Positions 13,539 through 28,333 of a stretch of DNA of 64,000 bases are shown here, in pieces. Location: NCBI GenBank assembly GCA_964016885.1, contig OZ024740.1, positions 95,356,001-95,420,000 on the forward strand. Direction: 5' to 3'. The translations under genes and the position numbers were made by a program. This DNA is from Eledone cirrhosa. Taxonomy: Eukaryota. Positions within the stretch are counted from its first letter, which is position 1. Each line of letters begins with the position of its first letter. The notes under the pieces were generated by a model. That model searched no databases. It had not been told where the DNA came from and worked only from the letters and a program-made list of their open reading frames with translations.

Positions 13539-14560
13539 TGTGTGAGTATGTATCTTTATATATATTTATTTCTGTTTCAAATTCTTACTACACACATTCA
13601 TCATTCAAAATCAATATATGCCATTCTATTTCGACAACGAGTCTAGAATAAATGTATAATCAGAAAATATTTCCGGAAATTGTTCCTTTGATTTATAATC
13701 AAATGGGATTGTAGCTCCAGGGATATTATCATTTTTTTTCATTATTTTCATTTAGGAATTTATTCCCCAGTGAAGTATTCTAATATCAAGAGAAAAATTG
13801 ATATTATTTCCAACCATAAGCTATGACTTACTTTCGAATATCTTCTTATTAGACCCCTATTGTGGAACATTTTCAAATATATAGAGATGCCACATTTCAT
13901 TTGTCACCAAATCATTGCGGTAGAAAATTACAAACTCTAGCTATATATTTCGAGACACAATTTGGGTAATGAAACTACATTGAAATGGTCAAAATATACA
14001 AGATTTTAAACCAAAACCTCAGAGCTAAACGATTGAAATTAATTACTTATAACTGATTATGATTATACCAGGGTTAATTTCACATGATATCTATCACGGT
14101 TGTAAATTCTAGTGTTTCATTCTTTTAAATATGCTCAGCCATCGACGAATGAGAGAGTGGATTGATGGAAAGGTATCGATATTTAAGTCAGTCCTTTCAT
14201 ATATGCATCTGCTGGGATGAAGCAGTGAAAAATTGACCGTAACATATCACTCTAGGAGGGATCATATCAGATCATAGTACTGATAATCTGCAGTACTAAG
14301 GTGAGTAATTCTGCTGACTGAAATGGACCAAGGTGACATGAAGTAATTTATAGGCATATAATACAAAAACAAAAAAATGCGGTTTCCTATATTATGATTA
14401 GGTCTGACATATAAAACATATTAAAGCTTATTAAACTGGCGACGCATGGCCGGCGGCTGGTCCTCCATAAATACAATTTTCCCGGGCACCTGCATAGGTA
14501 CAGAAACTTTTTAGGTGCAAATTTAATACATATACATACATATACAGACACCCCCCCCCT

Positions 14561-14704
<144 letters not shown>

Positions 14705-14807
14705 AAGTATTGAAATTTCCGTTGGAAACAGAAAAGGTCATAGAAATGAAGAGTGCTCTATGTAAGTATCAGAGCAAAATTTAATGTATAAAAATCAATA
14801 CAATATA

Positions 14808-14885
14808 ATTACCTCATTACCAGAGGTTTCCCGAAAGAGGCGAATACGAAATAAACGACTTCATTCGTTCGTCAGAAGAGGCAAT
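14808..14885 (-). ncRNA. Type I hammerhead ribozyme (inverted-arm copy)
   Basis: Reverse complement of 19985-20062 with intact CTGACGA, GAAA and GTA. Confidence 0.83.
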
Positions 14886-15444
14886 ATAAAACATGGGCAA
14901 ATACTTAGAAAAACACATCAAGAAAATCAAAAAAAGATATAGATAAATGAAATAGAAATTGAAATATATAAAAATCTATCAAGAAATATAGTTAGGTGTG
15001 TGTATATGTATGTATATACGCTCACAGATGTGCATATATGTATATGCGCACATGTATATGTATAGTGAGAAAGTGTGCGTAATTCTAAAATTTAGGGCAA
15101 ATGTATCTATGTGTCTGTATTATACAGACAGAAATGGTTACATCGTAAATATATAAATATGAAGGCTCGCGCATAAAACGCCTGGACACTCGTACACTTA
15201 GATGCGGAAAGAAAGGAGGTAAGGGAGTGTAATAATTAAAAGAAAACTATCAGTCTCGATATATTTATAAAAATATAATAACGATAAATTAGAAAGAAAA
15301 TATATAAGAAAGAAAAAATTAAAGAAAACAAAAAGGGGGGGGGGGTACATACATACACAGACACGCGTGTCTCACAAAAGAAATGTAAAAATAATTATGC
15401 TTATATACACACGCGCACTTACACTTCCATACGTTCGATACGTA

Positions 15445-15487
<43 letters not shown>

Positions 15488-16105
15488 TTATACTCGCGCA
15501 TATAAACCTGTTTGCATGCCCACGTATGAAACTGAGTAAGTAAAAAAAGGGGAAGGGAGGGGGGAGAAGAAAAAAGGAACAAAACATAAAACCGAGATGT
15601 CAAAATCACGGATATAAAGACACGTACACATACGCATAATATATACATACACACACACACAAACACCTGTACACACACACATATATACACATATATATAC
15701 ATATACATATATACATATACATACACGCACGCGCGCGCACATACGTAGTCACTCATGTACATATATAAAAAGTATACACACATTAAGGCGTTCAGCCATA
15801 TTGAATTGTGGATAAATAAGTACAAATATAAAAATGTAAGATAGGCTGCGCAAAAATAAAATAAAAATAAAAATGAAAAATATATCTGGATTGAAAAACA
15901 CAAAAGACAAGTATAATCAGTTAGTGGAGGAAAAAGGGAAGTAAAAGAAGGGGAAGAAAAAAATAGAAAATAGGAAGTGGATCGGAGAATAAAGGGGGGG
16001 GGGGGTGAAGTAAAAATAAATAAAAGTGAAAATAAATGAAATTATTGACAAGGATAAAAATGAAAGTAAGTCAGAAAGGGTAATTAAAAAGAGAATAATA
16101 AGAGT

Positions 16106-17271
16106 TTATGGAGGATAAGTATCTGAAAGTGTGTTAAGTTTATATGAGCTGGAAAGCAGGTGTGATTTCATGTGTGGGCAACTGGTGAAAATTTCCGTCT
16201 TTGTGTTCAGGCAGGTCTTTGGTGATTTAAGATTTTGCAATATCCAACATTTTTCATTTATGCAGAGCCTGCATTTTCTTGTTCCTCTAGCATATTTTTT
16301 AGATTGGTTCAAAATTGACCAATCTAGTTTATATTGGATGCCTTGGTCTTTCAAATCCCAAATTCTGCTAGCCAGAGCTGTTGTAAATCTTTTTTCTGGA
16401 TGTCGAAAGCATGCGACATGTGAGTAATAACGCGTTTTGAATCTGTCTTGCGTCATACAGTCATATCGTTCACTGGTGGCTGGATGGTTGTTGCTGATGG
16501 TTGTCACTTTAGCCGCATATACCATGGCTTTGGTGTTGCATTTACCTTGTAATGGGCATTCACTTTTGATTCTACAGGAGCAAGTTTGATTTTCTCTAGG
16601 TGATATTTTGTTGAGGATATAGGACTCAATAGGGGGACCGCAGGAATAACTAATTTTAACACAGTTTCTGTTAAAGATCTTATAGTATCTATGTGTTCTA
16701 GGGAAATTTTTATCTAGGAGTTCTAGGAATTTTTTGCCTACATTAGTTTTAACTGCTAGAGAGTAGGGGGGTGTTAACCAGATTATTTTTCTTTTCCTAT
16801 TCTTATGTTTAATAGAGTTAGTGTAGTTAGGTATGTATTTAATCGGTTCGCTAAAGCCGCTATTTTGGAGGGCTTTATTATAGTAGGGGGATGCCTTATT
16901 AAACATAGCTTCTGAGGAAGAGAGGGTGGAGATCCTACGGCTAATATTAGGGATGAGGTTTTTAAAAACTATAGGTGGATGGCAAGATCCTTTATTTATA
17001 TATTTTAAGTTTTCATTAGGTTTATGGTATGGTTTATAAGAAGCAGTAGGCAAATCTAGGTTTATATCTAGGAAATCTACGTTGGAAAGTTTAGTGTCAA
17101 TAGTAATTTTAAGATTAAAACTAGCGAAGGTTTTTATTAAGTCTTTCCTTAATCTATCTAAGTTATGGCCTATGGTGGTATGGGAAAGTATTAGACCATC
17201 ATCGGGATAAAGCCCAAAAATATGGTTAGGAAATTTTTCTTTAAGTGTATGTAAGAGGAATAGGCCGACCA
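16106..17271 (-). pseudogene. Inverted partial copy of the same PLE ORF
   Basis: 391-aa ORF near-identical to the + copy. YRDD>YPDD and YVG>YDC. Retains the C-terminus SCPHMKSHLLSS. Confidence 0.92.
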
Positions 17272-18741
17272 TTAAATACACACATTAGAAGTAAGTCTAA
17301 ATTACTCCAATGGATAAATAGCTCTTCCGTAGTACATTGGTTTAATAATATTAAAAACAAAATCAGTTCTAGATTCACCCAATTTGACATCGTATATTTC
17401 TACCCATCTATTACTCAGACCCTTTTAGTGAAAGCTTTAAATTTTGCTAGAGGGTTCACTAATATCTCCGATATTGAAGAGGATGTCATCTTGCATGCTA
17501 GGAACACTCTACTTGTTAATGATAATGACACTTGGGCAAAAATATCTAACCCAGAGAACCCATTCGATGTCTCAATGGGCTCTTATGACAGTGCCGAGGT
17601 TTGTGATCTGGTCGGCCTATTCCTCTTACGTACACTTAAAGAAAAATGTCCTAACCATATTTTTGGGCTTTATCGCGATGATGGTCTAATACTTTCCCAT
17701 ACCACCATAGGCCATAACTTAGATAGATTAAGGAAAGACTTAATAAAAACCTTTGCTAGTTTAAATCTTAAAATTACTATTGACACTAACCTTTCCAACG
17801 TAGATTTCCTAGATATAAACCTAGATTTTCCTACTGCTTCTTATAAACCATACCATAAACATAATGAAAACTTAAAATATATACATAAAGGATCTTGCCA
17901 TTCACCTATAGTTTTTAAAAACCTTATCCCTAATATTAGCCGTAGGATCTCCACCCTCTCTTCCTCAGAAGCTATTTTTAATAAGGCATCCCCCTACTAT
18001 AATAAAGCCCTCCAAAATAGCAGCTTTAGCGAACCGATTAAATACATACCTAACTACACTAACTCTATTAAACATAAAAATAGGAAAAGAAAAATAATCT
18101 GGTTCACACCCCCCTACTCTCTAGCAGTTAAAACTAATGTAGGCAAAAAATTCCTAGAACTCCTAGATAAACATTTCCCTAGAACACATAGATACTATAA
18201 AATCTTTAACAGAAACTGTGTTAAAATTAGTTATTCCTGCGGTCCCCCTATTAAGTCCTATATCCTCAACAAAATATCACCTAGAGAAAATCAAACTTGC
18301 TCCTGTAGAATCAAAAGTGAATGCCCCTTACAAGGTAAATGCAACACCAAAGCCATTGTATATGCGGCTAAATTGACAACCATCAGCAACAACCATCCAG
18401 CCACCAGTGAACGATATGTGGGTATGACGCAAGACAGATTCAAAATGCGTTATTACTCACATGTCGCATCCTTTCGACATCCAGAAAAAAGATTTACAAC
18501 AGCTCTGGCTAGCAGAATTTGGGATTTGAAAGACCAAGGCATCCAATATAAACTAGATTGGTCAATTTTGAACCAATCTAAAAAATATCCTAGAGGAACA
18601 AGAAAATGCACGCTCTGCATAAATGAAAAATTTTGGATATTGCACAATCTTAAATCACCAAAGACCTGCCTGAACACAAAGACGGAAATTTCTCACCAGT
18701 TGCCCAAGCATGAAATCACACCTGCTTTCCAGCTCATATAA
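17272..18741 (+). pseudogene. PLE RT-GIY-YIG ORF, 5'-truncated, frameshift near C-terminus
   Basis: QFDIVYFYPSI, MGSYDSAE, GLYRDDG, VDFLD, linker CSC-x5-CPLQGKC, IVY...YVGMT and CTLC..EK. Confidence 0.93.
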
Positions 18742-19984
18742 ACTTAACACACTTTCAGATACTTATCCTCCATAAACTCTTATTATTCTCTTTTTAATTA
18801 CCCTTTCTGACTTACTTTCATTTTTATCCTTGTCAATAATTTCATTTATTTTCACTTTTATTTATTTTTACTTCAACCCCCCCCCCCCGCCCCCCTTTAT
18901 TCTCCGATCCACTTCCTATTTTCTATTTTTTAATTCCCCTTCTTTTACTTCCCTTTTTCCTCCACTAACTGATTATACTTGTCTTTTGTGTTTTTCAATC
19001 CAGATATATTTTTCATTTTTATTTTTATTTTATTTTTGCGCAGCCTATCTTACATTTTTATATTTGTACTTATTTATCCACAATTCAATATGGCTGGACG
19101 CCTTAATGTGTGTATACTTTTTATATATGTACATGAGTGACTACGTATGTGCGCGCGCGTGCGTGTATGCATATGTATATATGTATATGTATATATATGT
19201 GTATATATGTGTGTGTGTACAGGTGTTTGTGTGTGTGTGTATGTATATATTATGCGTATGTGTACGTGTCTTTATATCCGTGATTTTGACATCTCGGTTT
19301 TATGTTTTGTTCCTTTTTTCTTCTCCCCCCTCCCTTCCCCTTTTTTTACTTACTCAGTTTCATACGTGGGCATGCAAACAGGTTTATATGCATGAGTATA
19401 AGTATGTGTGTGTGTGTGTGTGTATGTACGTATCGAACGTATGGAAGTGTAAGTGCGCATGTGTATATAAGGATAATTATTTTTACATTTCTTTTGAGAG
19501 ACACGCATGTCTGTGTATGTATGTACCCCCCCCTTTTTTGTTTTCTTTAATTTTTTTCTTTCTTATATCTTTCCTTTCTAATTTATCGTTATTATATTTT
19601 TATAAATATATCGAGACTGATACTTTTATTTTAATTATTACACTCCCTTACCTCCTTTCTTTCCGCATCTAAGTGTACGAGTGTCCAGGCGTTTTATGCG
19701 CGCGCCTTCATATTCATATATTTACGATGTAACCATTTCTGTCTGTATAATACAGACATATATATACATTTGCCCTAAATTTTAGAATTACGCACACTTT
19801 CTCACTATACATATACATGTGCGCATATACATATATGCACATCTGTGAGCGTATATACATACATATACACACACCTAACTATATTTCTTGATAGATTTTT
19901 ATATATTTCAATTTCTATTTCATTTATCTATATCTTTTTTTGATTTTCTTGATGTGTTTTTCTAAGTATTTGCCCATGTTTTAT

Positions 19985-20062
19985 ATTGCCTCGTCTGACG
20001 AACGAAGGAAATCGTTTATTTCGTATTCGCCTCATTCGGGAAACCTCCGGTAATGAGGTAAT
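19985..20062 (+). ncRNA. Type I hammerhead ribozyme in the PLE 3' end
   Basis: attgcctcgt-CTGACGA-stem II-GAA-ACCtccGGT-A-atgaggtaat. 10-bp stem I, predicted cut after GUA at 20052. Confidence 0.88.
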
Positions 20063-20088
20063 TATATTGTATTGATTTTTATACATTA

Positions 20089-20140
<52 letters not shown>

Positions 20141-20151
20141 CACATGTATAA

Positions 20152-20205
<54 letters not shown>

Positions 20206-20681
20206 GTATAATTCCATGGAAAAAGCTTTGTCCGACCAAGGAACTGACCGAGTGTAGGCAAACCAGAAGTAAGCACTCCATGACCTGTGTATCTATAATG
20301 TATCAGATGACGTCTCAATATTAATAAAATGAAGAGAGATAGTATTACGTATACATCATATTTTATATTATCCTTTTTTATTCACTTCTAGTATAAATCG
20401 ATGTGATTGCGAAATAATAATTTGATATTTTGTCTCCAGACAGCCATTAACTTTCAATATTAGTTTGTGATTAGTGTTAATATAATTGCCTTAATATAGA
20501 ATACGTCTTAGCAAACCGGTAATAAGCTAATACATGATGTACAAAACGATGCCCATAAGCAAGCAATGCGTGAGAGCTACTGCTCTTCAGTACTAGGTGA
20601 TCAGGTTAGGTCGATGGACTAAGGTGCAAAGTTACTACATAATAAAATGGGGATGTCTACCTCATAACATCTTTCTCTTTC

Positions 20682-20737
<56 letters not shown>

Positions 20738-21371
20738 TAATAATAAAATTGAAGACTAAAATCCAAAGAGGGCCTGGTTAAATCTGGTTGTGATAATGTT
20801 TTCCAGAGCGCATCAGGGTTCTCTTCCATTATGAACCTTCACTTATTTATATATGAGTTGATCGCTTAATCTTTCTATCTTAAGTTTCTTAGTCTCGACC
20901 GAGAATTTTCCCCTGTTGCTACATGTTTTCCCATATATTACACTATTTTAATAAAATAGTAATCAATGGTTCAACTGTTTAATTAATATTATGGATACAA
21001 TACAGTACATAAGAAATTAAAAAAAAATTACAAAATACAAATAGTTTGATAGATGGATATAAATATATATATATATAGATAGATCGATAGATAGATATAT
21101 AGAGGAGAGATTATGAGAGAGTGAGAGTGAGAGATACATAGTATGTGATACAGAGAAAAAGGAGACCACTCATAGGGAGAATCGGTCTAGAGATATGTAA
21201 AATGGGCTTTTACATATATCTGCCTCGCCCCAAGCACTTAGTACTCCCAGGAATAGTGGTCTCCTTGGTCTCAGTACCTGAATCTATATACACACTTTTC
21301 GCTTTCAACCCAGTGATCACCTACCTACCATGATGCAAGGGAATTTACATATCTATTAATATATATATATA

Positions 21372-21472
<101 letters not shown>

Positions 21473-21511
21473 GATAAAGAACACAAGAGCGTCTACAACA
21501 TCAAAAGATTT

Positions 21512-21568
21512 TTATTGGCTTACAATGTTTCTTCCTTACGTAACCGTAGGATTTCTTCAGAGCTATAA
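21512..21568 (-). ncRNA. Minimal type I hammerhead ribozyme (inverted arm)
   Basis: Minus strand: agct-CTGAAGA-aatcctacg-gtta-cgtaagga-a-GAAAC-att-GTA-agcc. Confidence 0.78.
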
Positions 21569-24044
21569 AAGGGGTTGGATTGGTGTTATGGACTCTACCA
21601 ACCAAACATTCAAGAACAAAGAGTAAAGAGAGTAAAGAGCAAAAGCAGGGGACGATAAGTCTAATTTTGGTGCGGGAGGGTGGGGTGTGGGTCCTTGTTT
21701 ACTAGCAGTGGTCATATTTATTCCCGGGAGTCGAGTGGTTTGTGGAGCCATATATGGGGTGGCGTCGATAGTAGGGTGCAGAGGGCGTGCAGAAGCTACA
21801 CACACACAAAGGGCATACACTATATATATAACGGAGGAGAAAGTACATGAGGTACTTAGAAATGGAATAAGAGTAATAATAATAATCTATAATTAATTTA
21901 ATTAATAATGTATAATAAGGCATGGGGAAGATTACACTATAATAAGGTATAAAAGTAAGAATAAGGTAAAATATAAAGGAGGATAAGAATGAAAATAAGA
22001 ATAAAGATATAAACATATATATAAAAATATATAGAGAATATATAAAAAAAATATAAGCAAGTATTAGGAGGTAAAAACACAATGTAAAAAAACCGATTTT
22101 GTAAAATAAAAATATTACGGGATAGAGAAATATAATCAAATGTGATTAGTTGAGAGAATATAAGATTGTAATAGTTATGTCAAGGTTTATACATCTTAAT
22201 AATAAATAATCTGTATATCAGAGTTACACATCCTTCAATTCACTTGCAAGTTCAACCCACGTGGCATGATTCATTGCTCATCTGTGCGGCCGTGTGCGTT
22301 TGTGTTTGACACCACAGCAGATGCACAAGTTCGTAAATTTCAATGCAGATAGAAATCTATTTTTGCTCACCCAGACATTGACGGAGGATCCAATATTCCT
22401 AGTTCAATATGTGTGTGGTGTTATTTTGGTCGCACAAATCAATCACTTGGTTCAATATTATGGAGTATGGTTTTCTGGTCTTCGTAACAGTGTCAGTGGT
22501 TGTATATCTCGAAATCACAAGGATCACAGTACTCCGGTTTGGTGTGATTATCGGTCATCCAACTATGTTGTCGGTGGTTGGATTCAATTCTATTGCCCAG
22601 AACGTAGAACTTTGGTGTTGATTGAAAATTAACGAGGCAGAGTGAGATCGCATCTGTGGTACAAAACGGTACGCAAGGAAATTCTTCGTCTTCGTTTCAT
22701 CCGGGTCTAGCAGTCACGTGCAAGAACCGCTACGTAGTAATTGTGAGGGTAAGCGGTCAAGATAGTAACTGACCGAAAATTTTCTTGGGAATTCAGACAG
22801 GCATGACAGGTACATTTAGGTCAGCAGTTTCTTCATATGTACGTGTGTCCGATACAAACAGACACATATTTATATGTATTTCAACTCAAAAAATTCAATT
22901 GATTCGCTTATTGATCTTATATCTCTGTTGATCCGATGTGCATGTTGTGATGTTCAGGTCGTGTTTACCATTCACTATGTTTTGCCATACCTTGGAATGT
23001 GATGTTATGATCATGAATAGTCCGGCAAGCGCATTCCTCTCTTATATTGTGGAGAAGGGAGTTCTGGTCCTCAGTAAACATTTGGGTCAGCAGGAGGGGT
23101 GGTGGTTCTCAGTTTCAACTGTGACAATACATATGTGTTACTCTACATATCGTGCTCCTCTCAAAGAAGAGTATTATAGGAGGAATTCATGCCAAACACC
23201 ACATATAGAGAAGACTTCTACGTCAATGTCTGGGTGAGCAAAAATCGATTTCTATCTGCATTGAAATTTACGATCTTGTGCATCTGCTGTGGTGTCAAAC
23301 ACAAACGCACACGACTGCACATATGAGCAATGGACCATGCCACGTGGGTTGAACTTGCAAGTGAATTGAAGGATGTGTAACTCTGATATACAGATTATTT
23401 ATTCTTAAGATGTATAAACTTGACATAACTATTTTCATCTTATATTCTCTCAACTAATCACATTTGATTATATTTCTCTATCCCGTTTTCTCCCCCCATA
23501 TTTATAATATTTTTATTTGACAAAATCGGTTTTTTTACATTGTGTTTTTACCTCCTAATACTTGCATATATTTTTTTATATATTCTCTATATATTTTTAT
23601 ATATATTTTTTTTATCTTTATTTTTATTTTCACTCTTATCCTCCTTTATTTTTTACCTTATTCTTACTTTTATACCTTATTATAGTGTAATCTTCCCCAT
23701 GCCTTATTATACATTATTAATTATAGATTATTTTGATTACCCTTATTCCATTTCTAATTACCTCATGTACTTTCTCCTCCGTTATATATATATTGTATGC
23801 CCTTTGTGTGTGTGTAGCCTCTGCACACCCTCTGCACCCTCCTATCGACGCCACCCCATATATGGCTCCACTAACCACTCGACTCCCGGGAATAAGTATG
23901 ACCACAGCTAGTAAACAAGGACCCACACCCCACCCTCCCGCACCAAAATTAGACTTATCGTCCCCTGCTGTTACTCTTTACTCTATTTACTCTTTGTTCT
24001 TGAATGTTTGGTTGGTAGAGTCCATAACACCAATCCAACCCCTT

Positions 24045-24100
24045 TTATAGCTCTGAAGAATACTGAGGTTACGTAAGGAAGAAACATTGTAAGCCAATAA
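24045..24100 (+). ncRNA. Minimal type I hammerhead ribozyme
   Basis: tagct-CTGAAGA-stem II-GAAAC-att-GTA-agcc. Confidence 0.75.
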
Positions 24101-24515
24101 CAATATGTTGATGTTGTAGACGCTCTTGTGTTCTTTAGCATATATACGGCTCTGCTCCGAAGCATAGAGCTAATTATTATGCTGCCAATACTTTAATGGG
24201 GCACGGGTATACAATACCTAACTCCTATTAACCTAAGTATATATATATATAGTAAATGTCAAACACTATTCAATGATTATGTCAAAGAATGAGTGTTACA
24301 GTAGATTGGAAGGACTCAACATAAAAAACATTATTTTCTGGAGTTATTAATATTAAATTATAAGTATTAATAAAATAGATGTTCTTTTGATCAATTACAT
24401 GTTATTATACATATTAGAAGGTACAACTGTACGTCCAAATCAGACAAAATATAATGATACATGACATACCCTGAGATGTTAAATGTTTAAGATTTAATCA
24501 AGGTAGTGATTAACC

Positions 24516-27500
24516 CAAGAGAAAATTTTACTTATATCCTATTTATGAGAAAATGGGAAAACGTAATACATTCATTAGAGAATGTGTGAGTAATAAAAAA
24601 ACTTTGCATACTGTAACTGTTCTAAAAGTTTTAAAGTGTATGATACTACGATATATCTAGGAAAACATCTCATGAATCATAACAGCCAGTAATAGCAGCT
24701 GGAAAAGGATTTATAAAGAGGGAAATATAAATGGTGGGGTTAGGGGGGTTTATATATGCAGAAGGATATATTTTTTCCGAAAGTTAAACGTTTAAATTTG
24801 AAAATATTTAATTTATAATATTAGGATGAAGACTCCAAATTTCAGGATTATTTGCTGGTTATTTATATATTATTTATATAAATTCGATAAGTGTGTTATC
24901 ATTTCTAAACTTCTGAATTTTATGAGGGTAACATTTAAAGGATTTAGCTGGCACATAAATAATGAAGTATTATACTGTTGATTATTTACCTAAATTCAAA
25001 CTTTAACAAATATACCAACATATTAGATATGTAAAGCTTTTGAATTACTTATTGTAATACATATTTAAATAACTATTATGTATATAGGTATATATTAATG
25101 AATCAGTATGTTTAAGGTAAATAATAACGACGAAGATAAACACAAAATAAGATAATATATTGTAGGATGTTAAGGATAAATATATAGCTATGAATAACTG
25201 GGTGTAAATGCATAATTATACTTCAACCAAGATATCAGCATATTATTAGATACAGGGATGTATATATATAGATATATATTAGGTATTATTAGTGTAGTAT
25301 ACTTTAGGTAAATGATAACAGTTATAATTTCATCAACGTGTCACTTTTAAATACATATATATACACATATAAGAAAAACAACAATGAGTGCATGGATAAT
25401 ACAGAGTTCAAAATAATGTCTATAATAATTTTAGTTTGGATATTTTCTATATATTTGAATCATATATATAGAAATGTGGTAGGTATATTTAAAAATATTA
25501 AAACATATTTAAAAATATTTAAAAATATATAAAATATAATATATAACTACATACATATTATAATACATTTTATTATAAATAAATAAGAGATCGAAAGCGC
25601 AGCAAAATATTCACATTTATATATAAGTTTGAAACCGTCTCAAATATTTTTGATTTTATAGTGCAGTAAATATATGTAAAAGAAATATATGCATATACTC
25701 TATTATATTATATTATAAATAATAGATCAAAAACCCATTAAAAATTTATTGTTATAGATAAGTTTCATAAAAATGTATGGATTGGGCATTAAACTAAAAT
25801 TTAAAAGACATCACAAATGTATTAAAAATACACAGTTATAAATGCATTAAATATGTGAGGATGAGGTATTATACTAAATTATAAGCATAGATAGAAAGAT
25901 AGATAGATAAATAAGAAGATAAAGAAATGATGGTATCGATCAAAGTTAACAAATAATGTTGTGTGTATCAATGTTTAGGCATGTTATTGAAATATTGTCA
26001 TTGATTCTAGGGTTGTTTCTTCTATAGATAGTTATAAAATAAAGCAATATTAAAGGCCATTAATGTTTTTTACTGTTGATTATATATTCCTGTTAACCGA
26101 GTTATTATTGGTTTGGTGTTATTGTTTCTTTCTTTCTCGTCTTATGTGAGGCTAAAAAAGTGGACGTAGCTTTATGGAGGCAACTAGAGAATAATTCACT
26201 TTTTTGTTAATTATGGTCTCATAATGATTAATAATCAACAGGGTCTCCATTGTACAGAGCGGGAATTTATTTGATATACTAGAGTTGCGGTAAATTCCAC
26301 AGTTCCGAAGATTTGTCCAAAGAATGGAGTATTTTAAATTATTCTCTTTTAAAGACAATATGAGCTGTGATAAAGACATGGATGATTTCCTCTTAGAGTT
26401 CGAGAATGAGCATTTATGGTTCACAAAACGAGATTTGAATGTGTATGAGAAAGAAAAAAACAATAACACCAAACCAATAATAACTTGGTTACCAGGAATT
26501 TATAATCAACAGTAAAAAACATTAATTGCCTTTAATATTGCTTTATTTTATAACTATCTATAGAAGAAACAACGCTAGAATGAATGACAATATTTCAATA
26601 ACATGCCTAAACATTGATACACACAACATTATTTGTTAACTTTGATCAACACCATCATTTCTTTATCTCCTTATTTCTCTATCTATCTTCCTATCTATGC
26701 TTATAATTTCGTATAATACCTAATCCTTACATATTTAATGAATTAATATAACCGTGAATGTTTAATACATTTGTGATGTCTTTTAAATTTTAGTTTAATA
26801 CCCAATCCATAAATTTTGATGAAACTTATCTATAACTCAAAATGTTTAATGAGTTTTTGATCTATTATTTATAATATAATATAATACAGTATATGCATAT
26901 ATTTCTTTTAAATATATTTACTGCACTATAAAATCTAAAATATTTGAGACGGATTCAAACTTATATATAAATGTGAATTTGTTGCTGCACTTTCGATCTC
27001 TTATTTATTTATAATATAATTGTTTCTACTTTAGGCACAGGGCCAGCAATTACCCATGTATTATAATATGTATGTAGTTATATATAATATTTTATATATG
27101 TTTAAATATGTTTAAATATAGCTACCACATTTCTATATATATGATTCAAATATATAGAAATATCCAAACTAAAAATTATTATAGACATTATTTTGAACTC
27201 TGTATTATCCATGCACTCATTGTTGTTTTTCTTATATTTATATATATATGTATTTAAATGTGACACGTTAATGAAATTATAACTGTTATCATTTACCTAA
27301 AGTATACGACACAAGTAATACCTAATGTATATCTATATATATATACATCCCTGTATCTAATAATATGTTGATATCTTGGTTGAAGAATAATTAGTGCATT
27401 TACACCCAGTTATACATAGCTATATATTTATCCTTAACATCCTTCAATATATTATCTTATTTTATTGTTATCTTCGTCGATATTATTTACCTTAAACATA

Positions 27501-28091
27501 CTGTTTCATTAATATATACCTATATACTTAACAGTTATTTAAATATTTATAACAATAAGTACTTCAAAAGCTTTACATACCTAATATGTTGGTATATCTG
27601 TTAAAGTTTGAATTTAGGTAAATAATCAACACTATAATACTTCATTCTTTATGTGCCAGCTAAATCCTTTAAATGTTACCCTAATAAAATTCAGAAAGAA
27701 ATTTAGAAATGTTAACACACTTATCGAATTTATATAAATAATATATAAATAACCAGCAAATAATCCTGAAATCTGAAAACTTCACCCTAATATTATAAAT
27801 TAAATATTTTCAAATTTAACGGTTTAACTTTCGGAAAAAATCTCCTTCTGCATATATACCCCCCCCCCCCTGACACTTTTCTTTCCTTCTTTATAAATCC
27901 TTTTCCAGCGCCTATCTCTGGCTATAATGATTCATGAGACGTTTTCCTAGATATATCGTAGTATCATACACTTTAAAACTTTTAGAACAGTTACAGTATG
28001 CAAAGTTTTTTTATTACTCACACATTCTCTAATGAATGTATTACGTTTTCGCATTTTCTCATAAATAGGATATAAGTAAAATTTTCTCTTG
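24516..28091 (-). mobile_element. Severely 5'-truncated Hydra-type PLE, palindromic insertion of a long AT-rich 3' UTR
   Basis: 24516-26140 is the reverse complement of 26445-28091. The spacer encodes an endonuclease C-terminus on the minus strand. Confidence 0.85.
26152..26444 (-). pseudogene. GIY-YIG endonuclease C-terminal remnant
   Basis: TFKSRFVNHKCSF..LSQLILSLKENNLKYSILW..PLCTME aligns by eye with FKMRYYSHVASF..LASRIWDLKDQGIQYKLDW..TLCINE of the 17-kb ORF. Confidence 0.8.
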
Positions 28092-28191
28092 ATAGATTAG
28101 ATGAAATAATCAATGTCCGAAAATTATTCTTAAGATAATATATTATAACGTTAAATAGATCCAGAAATATAACGCTCACTGTATATGTATA

Positions 28192-28233
<42 letters not shown>

Positions 28234-28333
28234 AAGGAACGATCGACTTTCGTCAAATCGGATCGAGGGAACAATGTTTCCGTTGGTCTTTCCAATTGCT
28301 AATACTATCTATCGTTCGCAACTCCAGGTAGAA

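Larger units (their letters stand above)
14782..20088 (+). mobile_element. Hydra-type Penelope-like element inserted as a 5.3-kb quasi-palindrome
   Basis: 14782-17271 is the reverse complement of 17609-20088. The unique spacer 17272-17608 continues the + strand RT. HHRs sit at both outer ends. (TA)n follows on the right. Confidence 0.93.

Noticed and set aside
14782-20088. Palindromes as assembly artefacts or foldback DNA transposon TIRs
   Set aside because: The arms differ by scattered substitutions, indels and an arm-specific insertion, and they consist of retroelement 3' sequence.
28095-28135. TAGATGA..CGAAA past the end of the 24.5-28.1k element as an HHR
   Set aside because: Stems could not be formed and there is no second copy to confirm it.
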